DNA from: the human T2T-CHM13v2.0 reference genome, Homo sapiens
NCBI RefSeq assembly: GCF_009914755.1
Contig: NC_060939.1
Strand: one strand, 5' to 3'
DNA length: 64,000 nt
The position numbers and the translations under genes are program-made. Positions 17,590-28,575 of the stretch are shown here, one piece after another (within the stretch, counting starts at the first letter, position 1; every line of letters starts with the position of its first letter). Below the pieces are notes generated by a model. It was not told the DNA's origin and did no database searches. It saw nothing but the letters and a program-made list of their open reading frames with translations.

Positions 17590-20500
17590 TTTTTTTTTTT
17601 TTTAAGCGCAACGCAACATGTCTGCCTTATTTGAGTGGCTTCCTATATCATTATAATTGTGTTATAGATGAAGAAACGGTATTAAACACTGTGCTAATGA
17701 TAGTGAAAGTGAAGACAAAAGAAAGGCTATCTATTTTGTGGTTAGAATAAAGTTGCTCAGTATTTAGAGCTACCTAAATACGTCAGCATTTACACTCTTC
17801 CTAGTAAAAGCTGGCCAATCTGAATAATCCTCCTTTAAACAAACACAATTTTTGATAGGGTTAAGATTTTTTTAAGAATGCGACTCCTGCAAAATAGCTG
17901 AACAGACGATACACATTTAAAAAAATAACAACACAAGGATCAACCAGACTTGGGAAAAAATCGAAAACCACACAAGTCTTATGAAGAACTGAGTTCTTAA
18001 AATAGGACGGAGAACGTAGCTATCGGAAGAGAAGGCAGTATTGGCAAGTTGATTGTTACGTTGGTCAGCAGTAGCTGGCACTATCTTTTTGGCCATCTTT
18101 CGGGCAATGTAACTACTACAGCAAAATGAGATATGATCCATGAAACAACATATTCGCAAATCAAAAAGTGTTTCAGTAATATAATGCTTCAGATTTAGAA
18201 GCAAATCAAATGATAGAACTCCACTGCTGTAATAAGTCACCCCAAAGATCACCGTATCTGACAAAATAACTACCACAGGGTTATGACTTCAGAATCATAC
18301 TTTCTCTTGATATTTACTTATGTATGTATTTATTTTTTTTAATTTATTTCTCTTGAGACGGCGTCTCGCTCTGTCGCCCAGGCTGGAGTGCGATGGTGTG
18401 ATCTCGGCTCACTGCAACCGCCACCTCCCTGGGTTCAAGCGATTCTCCTGCCTCAGCCTCCCGAGTAGCTGGGACTACAGGTGCCCGCCACCACGCCCAG
18501 CTAATCTTTATACTTTTAATAGAGACGGGGTTTCACCGTGTCGGCCCGGATGGTCTCGATCTCTTGACCTCGTGACCCGCCCGCCTCGGCCTCCCAAAGT
18601 GCTGGGATGACAGGCGTGAGCCACTGAGCCCGGCCTTCTCTTGACGTTTAAACTATGAAGTCAGTCCAGAGAAACGCAATAAATGTCAACGGTGAGGATG
18701 GTGTTGAGGCAGAAGTAGGACCACACTTTTTCCTATCTTATTCAGTTGATAACAATATGACCTAGGTAGTAATTTCCTATGTGCCTACTTATACACGAGT
18801 ACAAAAGAGTAAAACAGAGAGACTGCTAAATTAAAGGGTACGTGAAGTTCTTCATAGTAACTCCGTAAACTGGAACACTGTCAAAAAGCAGCAGCTAGTG
18901 AATTGTTTCCATGTATTTTTCTATTATCCAATAAGTGAACTATGCTATTCCTTTCCAGTCTCCCAAGCACTTCTTGTCCCCATCACCACTTCGGTGCTCG
19001 AAGAAAAAGTAACAAATCAAGGAACACAACTAAAGAAACACACACACAAACCAAAGACAACTACAGCGTCTGCAAAAGTTTGCTAGAAGACTGAAACTGT
19101 TGAGTATAAGGATCTGGTATTCTACGATGATCATGAGTTCACTTCAGAGTTTGTTCAAGACATACGTTTCGTAAGGAAACATCTTAGTTAGAAGTTATTC
19201 AGCAGTAGGTACCATCCCTAAGTATTTTTCACCAAATTCGTGACAATAAAGAGCTATCTAACCAGAAAAATTAGCGAGTACCGGCACCATCCATAGGGCT
19301 TTGTCTTTACGCTTCATTAGCACTTACCATGCCTTACAATGTCTAGGATTGACCCTGATAGCATTTCGAAAACAAGCTAATGCTTTGTCCAGTTCTTCAG
19401 TGAAGACAAGCTCACGCCCTAATGCGCTATAGGCATAAGCATCATTTGGATCCACTTCGAGAGTTCTCTGGAAGAATTGAATCGCAATATCGTGTTCCCG
19501 TTGCAGACCGAAACAGTTCCCTGCAGCACACCAGGCCTCTGGCTGGCGAATTTTTATCCATGTCTGTGAAGTCTTTGGACAGAACTGAAAGAGCAACCTC
19601 TTTCGGAGGATGCCAAAGTGTTGTAGAGTAGATCTCCATGCCTTCGACTCTGTAATTCTCAATCCTCCTAACCTCTGAGAATTGTCTTTCAGCTTGCGTG
19701 GACTCTGAAAGTTTACAATAGGCCCTTCCGATTTGGCACAGTACCCAACCGGTATTGCAGTGGTGAGAAGCTAGATGGCTCAAGATGCTGATAGCTTCTT
19801 TGCCGTGGTAAGAACACAAAGCTAAATAACCTTTCCCCCTTTCACGAAGAAGGCTCATCAAGCCTTCCGCTGCTGCTTTTTGTAGATTAAAAGCCTGAAT
19901 CTGAGGCGCGATTGCGGCTATTTTCCCTTCTGAAATGACGGAAGAGTCCAATTTTGTCACTTCCAGGCTATCACTTATGTTCGGTGGAGTTATTGCTCCT
20001 TTATTAGTTTTACTTTTGGTTCTTCTGTTTGGGATTTTAGGTGGAAACTTCATTTTTAATTTTCTCCTATTCTCCTCGGTTGTGGAGCTGTCACTAGTCA
20101 AGAGTCGTGAATTTCTTCGAGGCGGTGCATTTGGGGGAGATGCCATAGTGGGGCTCAATACCTGAGGTGTTGCCCTTGTCGGCGGACCAGAACTTTGTGT
20201 TTTTGCAAGGACTGGAGTTACCTTTCGGCTCTTTCCCCTCTGCGAGAAGACAGACGGTGTTCCGGTTTGGCCGATTCTGGCAACAGGCTTTTTTGAAGGG
20301 GCTCCGGTGGATGGCACGTCAATGACAGACGGTGTCTCATACCAGTGCAGTTTTGTCAATAGGGTCCGTCTCCGGGACTTGGGGTTTCTAATGGCAAAAT
20401 GCCAACACTTGGGGTTAATGGACTAACAGCTGCTGGTCCTCCTAATAAACTTCGACCAGTTTTTGGTTTATGTTGAACCTGTTTAGATCATATGGAAGTT

Positions 20501-21384
20501 CCTGTTCCCAGTGGGACAGTATCAGGTGAAAGGACAGCTGAATCGATAGAAGACACTGGGGAGTCTGTATTCAAGGAGTACTTTGAATTGGAAGATTCTA
20601 AATTCCATCCGTTTCATTCGACGGTGTCCTGGGGTGTTTCCGTAAGAACGGTCTCGGGCTGTCTGTGACATAAACTAGGACGAGGTCCAAGTGTTGTGGC
20701 GCAACACTTGGACAGGCAGTTGCTAAAGCTCTCTAGAGAGGTGAATCAAAATGTTTGGTCAGGATCTGGCTTTTCCCCCCTATTTCACATCATGATTCAA
20801 AGGGACACCAGAGGAAAGGATTTCAACGAAGGCTCTTTTGGTCACATTCTGATCCTTTGGTAAGCCGATCTGTCTTGCAATATACATGTCCCGACGATGG
20901 AAGGGGAAAGCGAGCTGAATCACCAAACTCAGGAACGATAATATCATCGTGGCTTTTCTGCTTATGAAACACTCCACCCGATAAGATTTGATCCCCTTCT
21001 GCAAGCTTGCTGAGATCAACACAACATTTCGCAAGCAGGCATTTGCATTGCGGGGTAGTACAACTGTGTCCTTTCAAGAGTCTATATGTTTTATAGGCCT
21101 TTCCTGAGCGGTAAGAACAGGTCGCCAGTAAGAACAAGGCTTCTTCTGAGTGTACTTCTGCATAAAGGCGTTCTGCGGGGGAAACCGCATCTCGGTAGGC
21201 ATAGTGGTTTAGTGCTTGCCATATAGCAGCCTGGACGGGTCCCTGCAGCACCGCCATCCTCGAGGCTCAGGCCCACTTTCTGCAGTGCCACAGGCACCCC
21301 CCCCCCCATAGCGGCTCCGGCCCGGCCAGCCCCGGCTCATTTAAAGGCACCAGCCGCCGTTACCGGGGGATGGGGGAGTCCGAG
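17590..21384 (-). pseudogene. CDC27P: CDC27 (APC3) retropseudogene: 5'UTR plus spliced coding exons to ...RNAIRVNPRHxxAW (21257-19327), then intron-like extension and poly(A)
   Basis: ORF 21257-20823 MAVLQGPVQAAIWQALNHYAYRDA matches the CDC27 N-terminus. ORFs 20359-19442 and 19662-19324 give the central TPR region. No introns in the coding part; premature TGA at 20823-20825; 4-bp duplication frameshift at ~19540. T-run 17587-17603; TSD-like ACAGA(GA/AT)GACTTCTTT at 17574-17589 and 21385-21400. Confidence 0.95.
18317..18635 (-). mobile_element. AluSc-like element with TSDs, inside the CDC27 retrocopy extension
   Basis: CTCGATCTCTTGACCTCGTGA subfamily signature; flanking TTCTCTTGATATTTA (18302-18316) and TTCTCTTGACGTTTA (18636-18650). 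Confidence 0.85.
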
Positions 21385-21909
21385 ACAGAATGACTTCTTT
21401 ATCCTGCTGACTCTGGAAAGCCCGGCGCCTTGTGATCCATTGCAAACCGAGAGTCACCTCGTGTTTAGAACACGGATCCACTCCCAAGTTCAGTGGGGGG
21501 ATGTGAGGGGTGTGGCAGGTAGGACGAAGGACTCTCTTCCTTCTGATTCGGTCTGCACAGTGGGGCCTAGGGCTGGAGCTCTCTCCGTGCGGACCGCTGA
21601 CTCCCTCTACCTTGGGTTCCCTCGGCCCCACCCTGGAACGCCGGGCCTTGGCAGATTCTGGCCCTTCCTGGCCCTTCAGTCGCTGTCAGAAACCCCATCT
21701 CATGCTCGGATGCCCCGAGTGACTGTGGCTCGCACCTCTCCGGAAACATTGGAAATCTCTCCTCTACGCGCGGCCACCTGAAACCACAGGAGCTCGGGAC
21801 ACACGTGCTTTCGGGAGAGAATGCTGAGAGTCTCTTGCCGACTCTCTCTTGACTTGAGTTCTTCGTGGGTGCGTGGTTAAGACGTAGTGAGACCAGATGT
21901 ATTAACTCA

Positions 21910-22070
21910 GGCCGGGTGCTGGTGGCTCACGCCTGTAACCCCAACACTTTGGGAGGCCGAGGCCGTAGGATCCCTCGAGGAATCGCCTAACCCTGGGGAG
22001 GTTGAGGTTGCAGTGAGTGAGCCATAGTTGTGTCACTGTGCTCCAGTCTGGGCGAAAGACAGAATGAGGC
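21910..22070 (+). mobile_element. Monomeric or deleted Alu
   Basis: GGCCGGGTGCTGGTGGCTCACGCCTGTAACCCCAACACTTTGGGAGGCCGAGG...GAGGTTGCAGTGAG. Confidence 0.75.
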
Positions 22071-22174
22071 CCTGCCACAGGCAGGCAGGCAGGCAGGCAG
22101 GCAGAAAGACAACAGCTGTATTATGTTCTTCTCAGGGTAGGAAGCAAAAATAACAGAATACAGCACTTAATTAA

Positions 22175-22475
<301 letters not shown>

Positions 22476-22479
22476 TACG

Positions 22480-22872
<393 letters not shown>

Positions 22873-23600
22873 TATTTATCTATTTATTAACTTTGAGTCC
22901 AGGTTATGAAACCAGTTAGTTTTTGTAATTTTTTTTTTTTTTTTTTTTTTTTGAGACGAGGTTTCACCGTGTTGCCAAGGCTTGGACCGAGGGATCCACC
23001 GGCCCTCGGCCTCCCAAAAGTGCGGGGATGACAGGCGCGAGCCTACCGCGCCCGGACCCCCCCTTTCCCCTTCCCCCGCTTGTCTTCCCGACAGACAGTT
23101 TCACGGCAGAGCGTTTGGCTGGCGTGCTTAAACTCATTCTAAATAGAAATTTGGGACGTCAGCTTCTGGCCTCACGGACTCTGAGCCGAGGAGTCCCCTG
23201 GTCTGTCTATCACAGGACCGTACACGTAAGGAGGAGAAAAATCGTAACGTTCAAAGTCAGTCATTTTGTGATACAGAAATACACGGATTCACCCAAAACA
23301 CAGAAAGCAGTCTTTTAGAAATGGCCTTAGCCCTGGTGTCCGTGCCAGTGATTCTTTTCGGTTTGGACCTTGACTGAGAGGATTCCCAGTCGGTCTCTCG
23401 TCTCTGGACGGAAGTTCCAGATGATCCGATGGGTGGGGGACTTAGGCTGCGTCCCCCCAGGAGCCCTGGTCGATTAGTTGTGGGGATCGCCTTGGAGGGC
23501 GCGGTGACCCACTGTGCTGTGGGAGCCTCCATCCTTCCCCCCACCCCCTCCCCAGGGGATCCCAATTCATTCCGGGCTGACACGCTCACTGGCAGGCGTC

Positions 23601-23620
23601 GGGCATCACCTAGCGGTCAC
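23601..23620 (-). promoter_or_regulatory. CTCF-like motif ~4.95 kb upstream of the 47S start
   Basis: Minus strand GTGACCGCTAGGTGATGCCC; position is consistent with a CTCF site I recall being reported near 38 kb of the reference unit. Confidence 0.55.
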
Positions 23621-23869
23621 TGTTACTCTGAAAACGGAGGCCTCACAGAGGAAGGGAGCACCAGGCCGCCTGCGCACAGCCTGGGGCAACTGTGTCTTCT
23701 CCACCGCCCCCGCCCCCACCTCCAAGTTCCTCCCTCCCTTGTTGCCTAGGAAATCGCCACTTTGACGACCGGGTCTGATTGACCTTTGATCAGGCAAAAA
23801 CGAACAAACAGATAAATAAATAAAATAACACAAAAGTAACTAACTAAATAAAATAAGTCAATACAACCC

Positions 23870-24009
23870 ATTACAATACAATAAGATACGATACGATAGG
23901 ATGCGATAGGATACGATAGGATACAATACAATACGATACGATACGATACAATACAATACAATACAATACAATACAATACAATACAATACAATACAATACA
24001 ATACAATAC
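23870..24009. repeat. Pentanucleotide array (ATACA/ATACG/ATAGG)n
   Basis: Directly visible; abuts the 5' end of an Alu. Confidence 0.93.
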
Positions 24010-24846
<837 letters not shown>

Positions 24847-25116
24847 TTAACTTCATTTTATGTTATTATCATGATTGATGTTTCGAGACGGAGTCTCGGA
24901 GGCCCGCCCTCCCTGGTTGCCCAGACAACCCCGGGAGACAGACCCTGGCTGGGCCCGATTGTTCTTCTCCTTGGTCAGGGGTTTCCTTGTCTTTCTTCGT
25001 GTCTTTAACCCGCGTGGACTCTTCCGCTCGGGTTTGACAGATGGCAGCTCCACTTTAGGCCTTGTTGTTGTTGGGGACTTTCCTGATTCTCCCCAGATGT
25101 AGTGAAAGCAGGTAGA

Positions 25117-25150
25117 TTTGCCTTGCCTGGACTTGCCTGGCCTTGCCTTT
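25117..25150. promoter_or_regulatory. p53 response element RGC (ribosomal gene cluster site)
   Basis: TTTGCCTTGCCTGGACTTGCCTGGCCTTGCCTTT: three tandem decamers, with GGACTTGCCT (25129-25138) a perfect RRRCWWGYYY; matches the classical RGC oligo as recalled. Confidence 0.85.
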
Positions 25151-25523
25151 TCTTTCTTTCTTTCTTTATTACTTTCTCTTTTTCTTCTTCTTCTTCTTCT
25201 TCTTCTTCTTCTTCTTCTTCTTCTTCTTCTTTTTTTTTTTGAGACAGAGTTTCACTCTTGTTGCCCAGGCTAGAGGGCAATGGTGCGATCTCGGCTCACC
25301 GCACCCTCCGCCTCCCAGGTTCAAGCGATTCTCCTGCCTCAGCCTCCTGATTAGCTGGGATTACAGGCATGGGCCACCGTGCCTGGCTGATGTTTGTACT
25401 TTTAGTAGAGACGGTGTTTTTCCATGTTGGTCAGGCTGGTCTCCCACTCCCAACCTCAGGTGGTCCGCCTGCCTTAGCCTCCCAAAGTGCTGGGATGACA
25501 GGCGTGAGCCACCGCGCCCAGCC
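25150..25523 (-). mobile_element. Alu (antisense) with (TTC)n tail
   Basis: Alu body 25241-25523; about 16 TTC units at 25182-25229. Confidence 0.88.
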
Positions 25524-25524
25524 T

Positions 25525-25527
<3 letters not shown>

Positions 25528-25575
<48 letters not shown>

Positions 25576-26222
25576 CGCTTGCTTGCTTGCTTTCGTGCTT
25601 TCTTGCTTTCCCGTTTTCTTGCTTTCTTTCTTTCTTTCGTTTCTTTCATGCTTGCTTTCTTGCTTGCTTGCTTGCTTTCGTGCTTTCTTGCTTTCCTGTT
25701 TTCTTTTTCTTTCTTTCTTTCTTTCTTTCTTTTGTTTCTTTCTTGCTTGCTTTCTTGCTTGCTTGCTTGCTTTCGTGCTTTCTTGCTTTCCTGTTTTCTT
25801 TCTTTCTTTCTTTCTTTTGTTTCTTTCTTGCTTGCTTTCTTGCTTGCTTGCTTTCGTGCTTTCTTGTTTTCTCGATTTCTTTCTTTCTTTTGTTTCTTTC
25901 CTGCTTGCTTTCTTGCTTGATTGCTTTCGTGCTTTCTTGCTTTCTTGTTTTCTTTCTTTCTTTTGTTTCTTTCTTTCTTGCTTCCTTGTTTTCTTGCTTT
26001 CTTGCTTGCTTGCTTTCGTGCTTTCTTGTTTTCTTGCTTTCTTTCTTTTGTTTCTTTCTTGCTTGCTTTCTTGCTTCCTTGTTTTCTTGCTTTCTTGCTT
26101 GCTTGCTTTCGTGCTTTCTTTCTTGCTTTCTTTTCTTTCTTTCTTTTCTTTTTCTTTCTTTCTTGCTTTCTTTTCTTTCATTCATTCATTCTTTCTTTCT
26201 TTCCTTTCTTTCTTTCTTTCTT

Positions 26223-26269
<47 letters not shown>

Positions 26270-26270
26270 G
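25528..26270 (+). repeat. ~90-bp CTTG/CTTT minisatellite block (7 units) flanked by (CT)n and (CTTT)n
   Basis: CTTTCGTGCTTTCTT recurs at 25590, 25675, 25770, 25851, 25924, 26013 and 26106 (spacing 73-95 bp). Confidence 0.88.
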
Positions 26271-26280
26271 TTTCGTCCTT

Positions 26281-26572
<292 letters not shown>

Positions 26573-27650
26573 TGTTGACTCATTTCGCTTTTTTATTTCT
26601 TTCGTTTCCACGCGTTTACTTATATGTATTAATGTAAACGTTTCTGTACGCTTATATGCAAACAACGACAACGTGTATCTCTGCGTTGAATACTCTTGCG
26701 TATGGTAAATACGTATCGGTTGTATGGAAATAGACTTCTGTATGATAGATGTAGGTGTTTGTGTTATACAAATAAATACACATCGCTCTATAAAGAAGGG
26801 ATCGTCGATAAAGACGTTTATTTTACGTATGAAAAGCGTCGTATTTATGTGTGTAAATGAACGAGCGTACGTAGTTATCTCTGTTTTCTTTCTTCCTCTC
26901 CTTCGTGTTTTTCTTCCTTCCTTTCTTCCTTTCTCTCCTTCTTTAGGTTTTTCTTCCTCTCTTCCTTTCCTTCTTTCTCTCTTTCTGTCCTTTTTTCCTT
27001 CGTGCTTTATTTCTCTTTCGTTCCCTGTGTTTCCTTCTTTTTTCTTTCCTCTCTGTTTCTTTTTCCCTTCTTTCCTTCGTTTCTTTCCTCATTCTTTCTC
27101 TCTTTTTCGTGTTTCTTTCCTTTCCGTCTGTCTTTTAAAAAATGGAGTGTTTCAGAAGTTTACTTTGTGTATCTACGTTTTCTAAATTGTCTCTCTTTTC
27201 TCCATTTTCTTCCTCCCTCCCTCCCTCCCTCCCTCCCTGCTCCCTTCCCTCCCTCCTTCCCTTTCGCCATCTGTCTCTTTTCCCCACTCCCCTCCCCCCG
27301 TCTGTCTCTGCGTGGATTCCGGAAGAGCCTACGCATTCTGCCTCTCCGTGTGTCTGCAGCGACCCGCGACCGAGTCCTTGTGTGTTCTTTCTCCCTCCCT
27401 CCCTCCCTCCCTCCCTCCCTCCCTCCCTGCTTCCGAGAGGCATCTCCAAACACCCACGCGCCGTGGGTTGTCTTCTGACTCTGTCGCGGTCGAGGCAGAG
27501 ACGCGTTTTGGGCACCGTTTGTGTGGGGTTGGGGCAGAGGGGCTGCGTTTTCGGCCTCGGGAAGAGCTTCTCGACTCACGGTTTCGCTTTCGCGGTCCAC
27601 GGGCCGCCCTGCCAGCCGGATCTGTCTCGCTGACGTCCGCGGCGGTTGTC

Positions 27651-27670
27651 GGGCTCCATCTGGCGGCCGC
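27651..27670 (-). promoter_or_regulatory. CTCF site upstream of the spacer promoter (~-900)
   Basis: Minus strand GCGGCCGCCAGATGGAGCCC is a strong CTCF core match; position fits the known rDNA upstream boundary. Confidence 0.7.
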
Positions 27671-27739
27671 TTTGAGATCGTGCTCTCGGCTTCCGGAGCT
27701 GCGGTGGCAGCTGCCGAGGGAGGGGACCGTCCCCGCTGT

Positions 27740-27900
27740 GAGCTAGGCAGAGCTCCGGAAAGCCCGCGGTCGTCAGCCCGGCTGGCCCGGTGGCGCCAGA
27801 GCTGTGGCGCGTCGCTTGTGAGTCACAGCTCTGGCGTGCAGGTTTATGTGGGGGAGAGGCTGTCGCTGCGCTTCTGGGCCCGCGGCGGGCGTGGGGCTGC
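27740..27900 (+). promoter_or_regulatory. Pol I spacer promoter (approximate limits)
   Basis: AGGTTTAT...TTCTGGGCCCGCGG echoes the 47S core AGGTATAT...TTTTGGGCCGCCGG and is followed directly by a Sal box. Confidence 0.55.
27874..27896 (+). ncRNA. MIR6724: Annotated miR-6724-5p sequence (probably an rDNA-derived fragment)
   Basis: CTGGGCCCGCGGCGGGCGTGGGG matches the recalled mature sequence. Confidence 0.5.
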
Positions 27901-27907
27901 CCGGGCC

Positions 27908-27917
27908 GGTCGACCAG
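27908..27917 (+). terminator. Spacer terminator (Tsp), TTF-1 Sal box
   Basis: GGTCGACCAG, 10 of 11 bases of the Sal box GGGTCGACCAG. Confidence 0.7.
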
Positions 27918-28379
27918 CGCGCCGTAGCTCCCGAGGCCCGAGCCGCGACCCGCGGGGACCCGCCGCGCGTGGCGCGGGAGGCTGGGGACGCCCTTCCCGG
28001 CCCGGTCGCGGGTCCGCGCTCATCCTGGCCGTCTGAGGCGGCGGCCGAATTCGTTTCCGAGTCCCCGTGGGGAGCCGGGGACCGTCCCGCCCCCGTCCCC
28101 CGGGTGCCGGGGAGCGGTCCCCGGGCCGGGCCGCGGTCCCTCTGCCGCGATCCTTTCTGGCGAGTCCCCGTGCGGAGTCGGAGAGCGCTCCCTGAGCGCG
28201 CGTGCGGCCCGAGAGGTCGCGCCTGGCCGGCCTTCGGTCCCTCGTGTGTCCCGGTCGTAGGAGGGGCCGGCCGAAAATGCTTCCGGCTCCCGCTCTGGAG
28301 ACACGGGCCGGCCCCCTGCGTGTGGCACGGGCGGCCGGGAGGGCGTCCCCGGCCCGGCGCTGCTCCCGCGTGTGTCCTG

Positions 28380-28390
28380 GGGTTGACCAG
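28380..28390 (+). terminator. Promoter-proximal terminator T0
   Basis: GGGTTGACCAG at -176 to -166; one mismatch to the Sal box. Confidence 0.8.
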
Positions 28391-28399
28391 AGGGCCCCG

Positions 28400-28575
28400 G
28401 GCGCTCCGTGTGTGGCTGCGATGGTGGCGTTTTTGGGGACAGGTGTCCGTGTCGCGCGTCGCCTGGGCCGGCGGCGTGGTCGGTGACGCGACCTCCCGGC
28501 CCCGGGGGAGGTATATCTTTCGCTCCGAGTCGGCATTTTGGGCCGCCGGGTTATTGCTGACACGCTGTCCTCTGG
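28400..28575 (+). promoter_or_regulatory. 47S RNA polymerase I promoter (UCE ~28400-28449, core ~28511-28575, TSS 28556)
   Basis: GGTATATCTTTCGCTCCGAGTCGGCATTTTGGGCCGCCGGGTTATT/GCTGACACGCTGTCCTCTGG is the human rDNA core promoter. Confidence 0.96.

Noticed and set aside
17917-18276. 119-aa hydrophobic ORF on the minus strand
   Set aside because: Non-ATG start, lies in presumed intron-derived pseudogene sequence, and has no recognisable homology.
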